Shown here one piece after another: positions 7,087 to 15,200 of a stretch of 28,150 bases of DNA. A program made the translations under genes and the position numbers. The stretch is from Myxococcota bacterium. GTDB lineage: Bacteria; Myxococcota_A; Polyangia; Nannocystales; Nannocystaceae. The stretch is taken from positions 1 to 28,150 of the forward strand of contig JBCCHT010000030.1 of NCBI GenBank assembly GCA_039028615.1, given 5' to 3'. How positions within the stretch are numbered: position 1 is the stretch's first letter; the number at the start of each line of letters is the position of its first letter. The notes beneath the pieces were generated by a model, which saw only the letters and a list, made by a program, of their open reading frames with translations, was not told the origin of the DNA and did no database searches.

Positions 7087-8694
7087 ATGTGGAGACTCGT
7101 GGGGGGAACGATCGCGGCGGCGAGCCTGGTGCTCGCGACCGGGTGTGGGGACGAAGGCACGGCGGAGGCATGGGATCCGCAGACCGAGAGCGCGGGGATG
7201 GGCGAGTCGGATTCGCCCGCGTCGGACACGGGCACCGAGCCCAGCGAGCCCGGGCAGACCGATGCGCCCGCCGACGAGAGCGGCGAGCCCACGGACACCG
7301 ACGCTCCTCCCTCGCAGCCGTCGGTCGACGTCGGCCATGCCCGCGAGTTCCGGGGCGTGTGGATCGCCACCGTCAGCAACATCAACTACCCGAGCCAGAC
7401 CGGGCTGTCGGCGGACGCCCAGCGGGCGGAGCTCGAAGCCCTGGTCGACGTGGCGGCAGCACACAACCTCAACGCGATCGTGTTTCAGGTTCGCCCCGAG
7501 TGTGACGCGTTCTATCCCTCGGAGCTCGAGCCCTGGAGTCGCTACTTGATGGGCTCGCAGGGAGCCGACCCCGGCTTCGATCCGCTGGCTCACCTCATCG
7601 AGATCTCCCACCCGCGCGGCATCGAGGTCCACGCGTGGTTCAACCCCTACCGCGCCAAGGCCAGCCTGAGCTCGACCCTCGTGCCGCCGCACATCGGCCT
7701 GAGCCAGTCGCAGTACGCCCACGAGTACGGCAACTTCCTGTGGATGGATCCGGGCGCGGAGGTCGTGCAGGAGCACACCATCGACGTGATCCTCGACGTG
7801 GTCGATCGCTACGACATCGACGGTGTGCACTTCGACGACTACTTCTACCCGTACCCCAACGGCGAGCCCTTCCCCGACGCGGTGACCTACCAGGCCTACC
7901 TCGACGGCGGCGGCTCGATGCTGCTCGACGACTGGCGCCGCAGCAACGTCGACTCGATGGTCGAGGTGCTCTACGAATCGATCGTCGGCACCCGCGATCA
8001 CGTGCGCTTCGGGATCTCGCCGTTCGGCATCTACCGCCCCGGGATGCCTCCGGGGATCGTGGGGCTCGACCAGTACGCGGAGATCTTCGCCGACCCTCTG
8101 CTGTGGATGGACGAGGGCTGGGTCGACTATCTCGCGCCGCAGCTGTACTGGCCGTCGACGCAGACCCAGCAGGCCTACGAGCCCCTGCTCGAGTGGTGGT
8201 CGAGCATGACCTCGGAGGGCCGCTACATCTTCGCCGGCAACTTCCTGTCGCAGATAGGCTCGAGCGCAGCGTGGTCGGTCGAAGAAGTCCTCACCCAGGT
8301 CGAGCTGTCGCGCGTGTATGCCGACCTCGGCTCGATGGGCAACATCTACTTCCACATCGAGCCCTTCGTCAGCGACACCCTGGGGGTCGGCACCGCGCTG
8401 GCCGAGGAGTTCTACGATGCGCCCGTGCTCACGCCGCCCCTGGCCGCAGCCGCGGACACCGAAATCGTGGCGCCGTGGATCGACGAGGTGGATGGAACCA
8501 TTACTCCGACGCCACAGGGCGAGGAGGACCTGCGCGCGTGGGTCATCTACCGCGACGACGGCGACGGTTTCGAGCTGGATGAAATCATCCCCGCGCAGAC
8601 CGAGAGCTTCACGCTGCCCAGCGGAACCTGGGCCATCAGCGCGGCCGCGCGCAACGGCGTGGAGAGCCGCGGCGTGCTCGTCGAGATCCCCTGA
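7087..8694 (+). CDS. Glycoside hydrolase-like family 10 (GHL10/YngK-type, PF02638) lipoprotein.
   Basis: ATG 7087 follows GTG 7084. MWRLVGGTIAAASLVLATGC, lipobox LATGC, then an acidic linker. The core REFRGVWIATVSNINYPSQ...AHNLNAIVFQVRPECDAFY...GIEVHAWFNPYRA...IDGVHFDDYFYPYP is typical of GHL10 proteins. Confidence 0.8.
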   Translation: MWRLVGGTIAAASLVLATGCGDEGTAEAWDPQTESAGMGESDSPASDTGTEPSEPGQTDAPADESGEPTDTDAPPSQPSVDVGHAREFRGVWIATVSNINYPSQTGLSADAQRAELEALVDVAAAHNLNAIVFQVRPECDAFYPSELEPWSRYLMGSQGADPGFDPLAHLIEISHPRGIEVHAWFNPYRAKASLSSTLVPPHIGLSQSQYAHEYGNFLWMDPGAEVVQEHTIDVILDVVDRYDIDGVHFDDYFYPYPNGEPFPDAVTYQAYLDGGGSMLLDDWRRSNVDSMVEVLYESIVGTRDHVRFGISPFGIYRPGMPPGIVGLDQYAEIFADPLLWMDEGWVDYLAPQLYWPSTQTQQAYEPLLEWWSSMTSEGRYIFAGNFLSQIGSSAAWSVEEVLTQVELSRVYADLGSMGNIYFHIEPFVSDTLGVGTALAEEFYDAPVLTPPLAAAADTEIVAPWIDEVDGTITPTPQGEEDLRAWVIYRDDGDGFELDEIIPAQTESFTLPSGTWAISAAARNGVESRGVLVEIP

Positions 8695-8722
8695 GGAGAG
8701 TGAGCTACTCTCCGTCCGTCCC

Positions 8723-9106
8723 ATGTCCGCGATCCCCGGAATTCCTCCCGAGTCCCGCGCCTCGTTCAAGACGCACCACGACGCGCCGCTGGTCACCGCC
8801 GATGCCCTGCGCGCGGAGCTGGGCGCCTACGCCCGCGACCTCACCAAGCGGACCGACGACAACGAGCTGGTCGACGCCGGTCTCGGGCGAGCGCTGACCC
8901 GGGCCTGCACCGGGCTCATCGACCGCACCGAGAGCGCCGACGAGTCCACGCGACGGCTGGTGCAGGGCGCCGTGCGCTACTTCATCGATGAAGACGACGC
9001 CGAGCCCGACCGCGACAGCCTATGGGGGCTCGACGACGACGTCGCGGTCTGCAACGCGGTGGCTCGCCACCTCGGGCACGAAGACCTGATCGTCAACCTC
9101 GGCTGA
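8723..9106 (+). CDS. Hypothetical protein of 127 aa.
   Basis: The first in-frame start after the GHL10 stop is ATG 8723, 28 nt away, which suggests co-transcription. Third-position GC is consistent with coding. I did not recognise a domain and there is no clear SD. Confidence 0.45.
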   Translation: MSAIPGIPPESRASFKTHHDAPLVTADALRAELGAYARDLTKRTDDNELVDAGLGRALTRACTGLIDRTESADESTRRLVQGAVRYFIDEDDAEPDRDSLWGLDDDVAVCNAVARHLGHEDLIVNLG

Positions 9107-9112
9107 GCCGCG

Positions 9113-9628
9113 TCACTTCGGCTGCGGCTCCTCGTACACGCTGGTCCAGGCGAGCTTCTCTTCGAGGAACTCCTCGAGCTCGTCGTCGTCGAGCCACATG
9201 AGCAGCGCGCCCAGCCGCCGGTCGCCCTTCGCCAAGGCGACCACGCTCATGGCCGAGCGGATGAGGAGCGGATCGCGAGCGTCTTCGAGGTCCTGCAGGG
9301 CGAGCGTGCCCGCGTCGGCCAGCGCCCGCTCGTAGTCGGCCCGGACCCAGCCAGGCAACGCCGGGTTCCCGGGGCGATGACGCTCGACCTCGATGGTGGC
9401 GACGAGCAGGTGCAGGTTCCAGTCGCGAGGACCCGGTCGACACGCCTCCACCAGCAGGGGAATCGCGGCATACGACGCGTCCCCCACGTCCCCCTGGTGG
9501 TGCAGCTCGTTCCACAGCTCGTTCCAGGCGTCGGCGTGCAGCGGCGCGTCGCGTAGCCGCTGCACCGCGTCGCGTGGATCGTAGGGCGTACGATAGCCCC
9601 CTTCGAGTTTCTTCCAGTCCGGTGCCAA
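9113..9628 (-). CDS. Hypothetical protein of 171 aa.
   Basis: The ORF has coherent composition, with WNELWNELHHQGDVGDASYAAIPLLVE. It converges on the previous gene with only 6 nt between the stops. I did not recognise a family. Confidence 0.5.
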   Translation of the reverse strand: MAPDWKKLEGGYRTPYDPRDAVQRLRDAPLHADAWNELWNELHHQGDVGDASYAAIPLLVEACRPGPRDWNLHLLVATIEVERHRPGNPALPGWVRADYERALADAGTLALQDLEDARDPLLIRSAMSVVALAKGDRRLGALLMWLDDDELEEFLEEKLAWTSVYEEPQPK

Positions 9629-9664
9629 GGTCGTCCTCGGCGCGGACGATAGCGTATTTCGGGC

Positions 9665-10183
9665 TCAGGCCACCGCCTGGGCCGAGGGCAGCAGCTGCAC
9701 TCGGGTGGACATGGCATGCAGCGCGATCATGTGGATCATCTCGTCGGGCGCGGAGCAACAGTCGGGGAGGACCTTCACCGCGTACTTGTCGGCGGCCTTC
9801 GAGATCGCGGTATGGGTCACGCAGTTCTGCGTCATCATCCCGCAGACCAACAGCTCGTCGACACCCAGCTCCACCAGCGTCCCTTCCAGCTTGGTCTGCT
9901 CGAACGAGTCGGCGAAGGCCTTGACCACCACCGGGCCATCGGGCGCCGCGGCGCGGACTCGAGGGTGAATTTCGGCCCCCGCCGTGCCCTCGTTGAAGAA
10001 CGGCGCGGGGCCCTGGCTGGGATCGGCGATGTGCTGGATGTGCACCACGGGGATGCCCTGGGCCTTTGCCCGCTCGATGGTGCCGACGATGTTGTCGAGC
10101 ACTTCGTTCGCCTTCCACTGGGGGTAGCCCCCGCCCTCGAAGTAGTCGTTTTGGATGTCGATGACCAGGAGTGCTTTGCTCAT
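9665..10183 (-). CDS. Isochorismatase-family cysteine hydrolase.
   Basis: MSKALLVIDIQNDYF is the N-terminal hallmark. VCGMMTQNCVTHTA supplies the catalytic Cys context. Start ATG 10181-10183 and stop TGA 9665-9667 were checked. Confidence 0.85.
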   Translation of the reverse strand: MSKALLVIDIQNDYFEGGGYPQWKANEVLDNIVGTIERAKAQGIPVVHIQHIADPSQGPAPFFNEGTAGAEIHPRVRAAAPDGPVVVKAFADSFEQTKLEGTLVELGVDELLVCGMMTQNCVTHTAISKAADKYAVKVLPDCCSAPDEMIHMIALHAMSTRVQLLPSAQAVA

Positions 10184-10248
10184 GGCCCTACGCTAGGATG
10201 TCACCTGTAGCCGGGGTAGCGCTGAAAGTGACAACTTCGAGGCCGAGA

Positions 10249-11190
10249 GTGACAAAGAGAAGCAAGCCCGCCTCGGTGGCGGTCGTGGCCTATCGCGGCG
10301 CCCAGCAGGCAGCCGTGCTCGGCCTCACCGATCTGCTGCAGGCCGCCAGCCGGATCCACACCGAGCGGCACGGTGGCGCGGGCCTGGACGTCGAGTCCGT
10401 CGGCGGCTCCTCGTTGCCCGTCCCCGGTCGGCCTCATGCCGCGCTGATCCTCCCGCCGAGTCTCGGCGAAGGCCCCCCGCCCCACGTGCCCAAGCGGCTC
10501 GGCGCATGGCTGGCCGATCGCCACGACGAAGGCACCGTCCTGTGCTCGGTGTGCGTCGGTGCGTTCTTGTTGGCCGACGCGGGCCTGCTCGAGGGTCGCC
10601 CCGCCACCACCCACTGGGCCTATCGCGACGAGCTGAAGCAGCGCTACCCGAAGCTCGAGGTCGACACCGACCGGCTGCTCATCGACGACGGCGACATCAT
10701 CACCGCGGGAGGCTTGATGGCGTGGATCGATCTAGGCCTGCACCTGGTGGCGCGATTGCTCGCCCCGTCGACCATGCTCGCCACCGCCCGCATGTTCCTG
10801 GTCGATCCGGGCGGCCGCGAGCAACGCTTCTACGCCACGTTCTCCCCCGAGTTCGCGCACGGTGACGCCGACATCCTCCGGGTGCAGCGCTGGCTACAGC
10901 GGGTGGCCGGCGACAACGTCTCGGTCGAAGACATGGCCGCCAAGGCTCGACTCGGTCGGCGCACCTTTCTTCGTCGGTTCCAGCGCGCCACCGGGCTGAA
11001 GACGGGGGACTACCTGCAGCACCTTCGCGTGGGCAATGCCCGCGAGTTGCTCGAGCGAGGCGACCACACCCAAGAAGAGGTGGCGTGGGCGGTCGGATAC
11101 GCCGACCCGGGAGCGTTTCGGCGTGTGTTCGTCAAGCTGATGGGGCTGTCGCCGGCCGAGTATCGCCGCCGGTTCCAGGCCGTCGCTTGA
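10249..11190 (+). CDS. GlxA-family AraC-type transcriptional regulator (DJ-1/PfpI-like domain plus AraC HTH).
   Basis: The DJ-1-like part is VAVVAYRGAQQAAVLGLTDLL...CSVCVGAFLLADAGLLEGRPATTHW. The C-terminal HTH is RRTFLRRFQRATGLKTGDYLQHLRVGNARELLE...FRRVFVKLMGLSPAEYRRRF. I chose GTG 10249 because GAGG sits 6 nt upstream. The ORF-track start at 10171 and the ATG at 10198 both overlap or abut the divergent isochorismatase start. Confidence 0.75.
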   Translation: MTKRSKPASVAVVAYRGAQQAAVLGLTDLLQAASRIHTERHGGAGLDVESVGGSSLPVPGRPHAALILPPSLGEGPPPHVPKRLGAWLADRHDEGTVLCSVCVGAFLLADAGLLEGRPATTHWAYRDELKQRYPKLEVDTDRLLIDDGDIITAGGLMAWIDLGLHLVARLLAPSTMLATARMFLVDPGGREQRFYATFSPEFAHGDADILRVQRWLQRVAGDNVSVEDMAAKARLGRRTFLRRFQRATGLKTGDYLQHLRVGNARELLERGDHTQEEVAWAVGYADPGAFRRVFVKLMGLSPAEYRRRFQAVA

Positions 11191-11197
11191 GCCCGGC

Positions 11198-12037
11198 TCA
11201 GCTTCGCTGGCGGGCGGCGTAGCGCTCGGCGTGCTTCTTCTTGGCCGCCTTGCCCTTGCGCTCCATCACGGGCACCAGCGCCCGCCGCAGCCCGGGGAGC
11301 AGGTACCCGAGCGTCGCCAGGTATCCCCCCATCTTCGGGCGCATGCGCTCCACTCGACCGTCGACGGCACACTCGATCACCAGCTCGGCGATCTCGTCCG
11401 CGCTGCTCATGGGCTGCGAGAACACCAGGTCGGGCACGTCATCGAGCGACTCGCCGAAGAAGCCGGTATCGACGGGGCCGGGCGAGACCACCGAGACCCG
11501 CACGCCCGTGCCGCGCTGCTCTTCGGCCAGCGCATGGGAAAACGCCCGCAGCCCGAACTTGGTGGCGGAGTAGGTCGCCTCGTCGGGCAACGGGATGCGG
11601 CCGGCCAGCGACGCCACGTTGACCACCGCACCGCCGCGCTCGCGCAAGTGGGGCAGCACCAGGCGGGTGAGCAGGATCGGCGCGCTGAGGTTGACCTGCA
11701 CGATCTGAGCGAGCTGCTCGGGAGTCACCGTCTCCAGCGTGCCGCGGTAGTTGACGCCCGCATTGTTGACCAGCACGTCGATGCCTCCGCCGAAGGCCAC
11801 CGCCCGCTCGACCAGGTGCTCGAGCGCCTCGGCCTTCCCGACGTCGGTCGGCACGATCTCCACCTCGTGACCCGCCCCGCGCAGCTCCTTCGCGATCGCT
11901 TCGAGGGCCGGGACGCCGCGCGCCGCCAGCACGAGCCTGGCGCCCTCGGCCGCGAAACGCCACGCCGCCGCCGCACCGATTCCGGCGGACGCCCCCGTGA
12001 TCACCACCGTCTGACCTTCGAAACGCCGCGTGCTCAT
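11198..12037 (-). CDS. Short-chain dehydrogenase/reductase (SDR) family oxidoreductase.
   Basis: The true start is the internal ATG 12037, which is residue 140 of the 418-aa ORF. It gives MSTRRFEGQTVVITGASAGIGAAAA with a TGxxxGxG Rossmann motif. It also has NNAG and the catalytic YSATK (YxxxK) motif. Confidence 0.85.
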   Translation of the reverse strand: MSTRRFEGQTVVITGASAGIGAAAAWRFAAEGARLVLAARGVPALEAIAKELRGAGHEVEIVPTDVGKAEALEHLVERAVAFGGGIDVLVNNAGVNYRGTLETVTPEQLAQIVQVNLSAPILLTRLVLPHLRERGGAVVNVASLAGRIPLPDEATYSATKFGLRAFSHALAEEQRGTGVRVSVVSPGPVDTGFFGESLDDVPDLVFSQPMSSADEIAELVIECAVDGRVERMRPKMGGYLATLGYLLPGLRRALVPVMERKGKAAKKKHAERYAARQRS

Positions 12038-12089
12038 CCTGCGGCTGATAGCAGCATTGGGCCCGCGCCGTCGAGGCGGCGCCCGCAGC

Positions 12090-13058
12090 TCACCACAGCG
12101 GCAGGCCGCAGTCGGTCGGATAGCGGCACAGGTTGAACGCGGGATCCCAGCACGCGTACTCCCCGGTCGGCTCGTGGTAGCGGCTCTCGCAGCAGCTGGC
12201 GCAGGCCTCCTCGTAAGAGTGGAAGGTCGCGGACACGAAGCACGCCTCCACGCCCTGCGGGCAGCCATCGGGGTGCTCCGCCTCGTTGCAGGGCTCGCCC
12301 GGGCACCAGATACGACACGCGCCCGAGTCCTCGCACCCGGCGTTGTCGAGGCAGCTCCACGACCCCGGGCCTCCGGGTCCGTACGGCGACGGTGGGTCGA
12401 GGCAATCGCCGACCATCGGGCAATGGTTGCAGGTGCCGCCGTTCGGCCCCGCATCGCCGCACACCTGCCCTGCGCCGCAGTCCGCCGCGGGCGGCGGAGG
12501 GTCCCCCGGTAGCGGCGGCGGCAGGCCGGTGTCCACGACCTCGCGCTGGCAGCTCGCGATCGTGACCGGCACTTCGCCGTGCGAAAACGAGAAGGTCCAG
12601 ATGCCCGGCGCCAGATCGGTGGTGGGCCACACCCAGGTCCACGGCTCGCTCCCCACGATCTCCATCGACCCGAAGCTCGCCTGGCCGGGCCCCGACGCGG
12701 TGAGCTCGACCCAGGTCAGCGGCTCGCCGAAGGTGAAGCCGATCTCCGCGATCGAGCCCGAGCCGAGGACCTCGGGATTGAAGCTGAAGCCATCGTCGCA
12801 GGGCAGCACGGGCGGAGGCTCGCCGGAGTCGCTGCCCGGCAGGCCGTCGTCCGAGCCCTCGTCGGTCCCCTCGTCCGCGTAGGGCGGCACCCCGCCGTCG
12901 TCGTCGCTTCCCCCCTCGGACCCCGCCGACGTTCCGAACGACCCGATTCCCGGCCCCGACGCGAACGGCCCGCCCGACGAGCCCTCGCCGCAGCCCGAGC
13001 CCATCGCGATGCCCACGACGGCCGCGAGCGCGCACAACGTGTCTGCATGACCCCGCAC
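12090..13058 (-). CDS. Cys-rich secreted lipoprotein of unknown function.
   Basis: Start is GTG 13058 giving (M)RGHADTLCALAAVVGIAMGSGC with lipobox MGSGC. The ORF-track start is a TTG at 13097. An acidic Gly/Asp/Glu linker is followed by a beta-rich middle and a C-terminal ~130 aa with about 18 Cys (CNHCPMVGDC...CRIWCPGEPC...CASCCES). Confidence 0.55.
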   Translation of the reverse strand: MRGHADTLCALAAVVGIAMGSGCGEGSSGGPFASGPGIGSFGTSAGSEGGSDDDGGVPPYADEGTDEGSDDGLPGSDSGEPPPVLPCDDGFSFNPEVLGSGSIAEIGFTFGEPLTWVELTASGPGQASFGSMEIVGSEPWTWVWPTTDLAPGIWTFSFSHGEVPVTIASCQREVVDTGLPPPLPGDPPPPAADCGAGQVCGDAGPNGGTCNHCPMVGDCLDPPSPYGPGGPGSWSCLDNAGCEDSGACRIWCPGEPCNEAEHPDGCPQGVEACFVSATFHSYEEACASCCESRYHEPTGEYACWDPAFNLCRYPTDCGLPLW

Positions 13059-13128
13059 GTGACCGTAGTTGCCGGCCACGCCCGATGGTTCGAACAAAAT
13101 GCTCGAGCCCCGCGCGAACCGCGAGCGG

Positions 13129-15078
13129 TCATCCGACCACGAGCTTCTTGGGCGACCGCACGGGGCTCCACGTCGAGTAGCGGGGATAGTCGCGGGCGTA
13201 GTCGAAGCCGTTGCGGAACTGGCCTCCCGTGTTGCGGATGATCTGGATCACCGCGTCCAGCCCCCCGCGCAGGGCTGGCTCCGTCCAGCCCCCCTCGACC
13301 GAGAACGCCTCGCCCGCGAAGTAGATGCCCGACCTGCGGCTGGTCTCCTGGTTGTAGCGAAGCAGCGCGTAGTTGTCGTTCCACGAGCGCTCCCGGTAGA
13401 GCTTGGCGCAGCCGCGGTAGGTCGGCATCCGCTCCCAGTGAATCACCGCCGTGCTCGAAGGGTCGACGTAGGGCGAGATCGGCACGCCGATGTTGGTGCT
13501 CCGCACGAGCATCGCATCGAGGTACTCGAACAGCTCTCTCGCGAGCGCGTCGTCGTCATCGTCGGCGAGGAACTTGCTCGCGCCGTCTTCCCAGGTGTAG
13601 CTGACCATCAGCACCCCGGGCTCGCCGTCCAGCGCATAGCCGTAGACCCCTTGCAGCTGATTGTCGGTGGAGATGATCTGCGGGATCGGCTTGCCTGGCC
13701 CCCAGTAGCGCTCCTTCAGCGGGTAGAACACCTTGCAGCTGCGAATCCAGTGCGAGACCCGGAAGCTGTTGCGAACCGCGAAGGGCCACTGCTCCGCGTC
13801 GAAGCCCGCGAAATCGACCCCCATGCTGCGCTCGGTGGCCCAGGTGGTCGGGGTCAGCACGACGGCATCGTAGTCGCGCTGCAGACCCGCCGAGCCGATC
13901 GCGATCCGGCCGTCGGCGTTGCGCCGAATCGAGGTGACCGGATTACGAGTGTAGAGATTGACGTCGTAGTGCGGGGAGTTCAGCGCGTCGAAGAGCGAGA
14001 TGTCGACGACGTTGTCGCTGACCACGGGCTGGAAGAACAGGCAATCGGTGTAGGTCTCGATGCCGACGTAGTCGGGACCCGCGAACGAGTTGCCGAGATC
14101 GTCGAGCCCCGGTACCCCGCAGCGCGGCCCCCCACGAAAGCTCCCGTCCTCGTCGAAGAGCCCCTCGATCAGCTGCAGATCGGTGCCGTAGCCGAACAGC
14201 AGCGTGCGCATCACGTACAGGCAGGAGATGTCATAGAAGGCCCCCCACGCCCCATCGCCCGCGCCGATCGTATAGAACAGGTTCGACTCCGCCTCGGTCA
14301 TGCCCAGGCCGCCGAAGTAGCCGGGCCGCCGCGCGTCGTAGGCCTCGATGGCGTCCTCGAACACGAGGTCGCGGAAGTTCATCTCCCAATACCAAGAGAC
14401 GATGGAGTGCCAGCGCTCCTCCCAGTCGTCGCGGCCGTACCACTGCGCCACCTCGCGGGCGAACATCTCCGCGAAGTGCATCCACTTGTAGAACACCGCG
14501 GCCAGCTCCGGGGTCGGGGGCGCCTGTTGGTCGCGCGGCCAGATCAACAGCTGGGGCGGCTTCGACAGGTCGGGCGCAGGTCCGTGGCCATCGTTGATGT
14601 AGATCCCCGTGTCGTACGCGGCGGGTGACCCGGGGTTCGGAAAGTCGGAATGGGCGATCCGAAAACGATCGGTGTAGTAGCCCAGTACCGAGTTGAGTCC
14701 ACCCGGCTCCGTGAACAAGGGCATGCGCATCGCCCCCATCTCGAAGCAGGTATGCTGCCCCGGCGCAGGGATCGAGTACGTTCGGCCCCCGATGCGCTCG
14801 CTGGCCTCGTAGATGTCGAGGTTGGTGTAGCCGCTGCGGAACAGCTCGCGCGCGGCCGTGAGCCCCCCGATGCCGGCTCCGATCACCGCGATGCGCAGCG
14901 ACGGGTTCGTGTTCTTGCCGATCGACGACCGCGCCGCGTCCTGCAGCAGCTTGGCGTAGTTGAAGTTGAAATCGGCCGTGTTCGGCCACTGAAAGCGCCA
15001 TGGGTCGGCCTTCGTGCCCCGCCGCCGAAGGATCGCCCTACGGTCCAAGAACACGTCCATGCCTTTGTTGAGTGCCAT
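13129..15078 (-). CDS. FAD-dependent amine oxidase of the flavin monoamine oxidase family, similar to L-amino-acid oxidase or Trp/Lys 2-monooxygenase.
   Basis: 649 aa. The dinucleotide-binding motif is RIAVIGAGIGGLTAARELFRSGYTNLDIYEASERIGGR (GxGxxG...E...GGR). The C-terminal FAD-contact region is GIYFAGEAFSVEGGW. AAGGA lies 8 nt upstream of ATG 15078. No signal peptide. Confidence 0.8.
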   Translation of the reverse strand: MALNKGMDVFLDRRAILRRRGTKADPWRFQWPNTADFNFNYAKLLQDAARSSIGKNTNPSLRIAVIGAGIGGLTAARELFRSGYTNLDIYEASERIGGRTYSIPAPGQHTCFEMGAMRMPLFTEPGGLNSVLGYYTDRFRIAHSDFPNPGSPAAYDTGIYINDGHGPAPDLSKPPQLLIWPRDQQAPPTPELAAVFYKWMHFAEMFAREVAQWYGRDDWEERWHSIVSWYWEMNFRDLVFEDAIEAYDARRPGYFGGLGMTEAESNLFYTIGAGDGAWGAFYDISCLYVMRTLLFGYGTDLQLIEGLFDEDGSFRGGPRCGVPGLDDLGNSFAGPDYVGIETYTDCLFFQPVVSDNVVDISLFDALNSPHYDVNLYTRNPVTSIRRNADGRIAIGSAGLQRDYDAVVLTPTTWATERSMGVDFAGFDAEQWPFAVRNSFRVSHWIRSCKVFYPLKERYWGPGKPIPQIISTDNQLQGVYGYALDGEPGVLMVSYTWEDGASKFLADDDDDALARELFEYLDAMLVRSTNIGVPISPYVDPSSTAVIHWERMPTYRGCAKLYRERSWNDNYALLRYNQETSRRSGIYFAGEAFSVEGGWTEPALRGGLDAVIQIIRNTGGQFRNGFDYARDYPRYSTWSPVRSPKKLVVG

Positions 15079-15141
15079 CGCTCGGTCCTTTCGTCCGAAC
15101 GAGGTAGTGGCCGAGGCCCGACACGGGATTGCGAGCTACAC

Positions 15142-15179
15142 AAAAAAACCGAGCGCGCCTGTCGAACAGGCGCGCTCGG
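15142..15179 (-). terminator. Rho-independent terminator downstream of the pirin gene.
   Basis: The plus strand reads AAAAAAA at 15142-15148, then a perfect 13-bp inverted repeat CCGAGCGCGCCTG / CAGGCGCGCTCGG with a 5-nt loop. On the minus strand this is a GC-rich hairpin followed by T7. It sits about 21 nt after the pirin stop and before the amine-oxidase start. Confidence 0.65.
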
Positions 15180-15200
15180 CCAACGCGACCCGCGGCTCGG

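Noticed and set aside
6997-8796. 599-aa minus-strand ORF
   Set aside because: It is antisense to the clearly recognisable GHL10 gene and has Arg/His/Gly-rich junk composition.
11198-12454. Full 418-aa ORF as SDR
   Set aside because: The N-terminal 139 residues are Arg/Ala/Pro-rich and precede the Rossmann motif. The internal ATG at 12037 gives a normal 279-aa SDR.
13069-14628. 519-aa plus-strand ORF
   Set aside because: It is antisense to the flavin amine oxidase gene. The oxidase frame has the GxGxxG motif and the plus frame has nothing.
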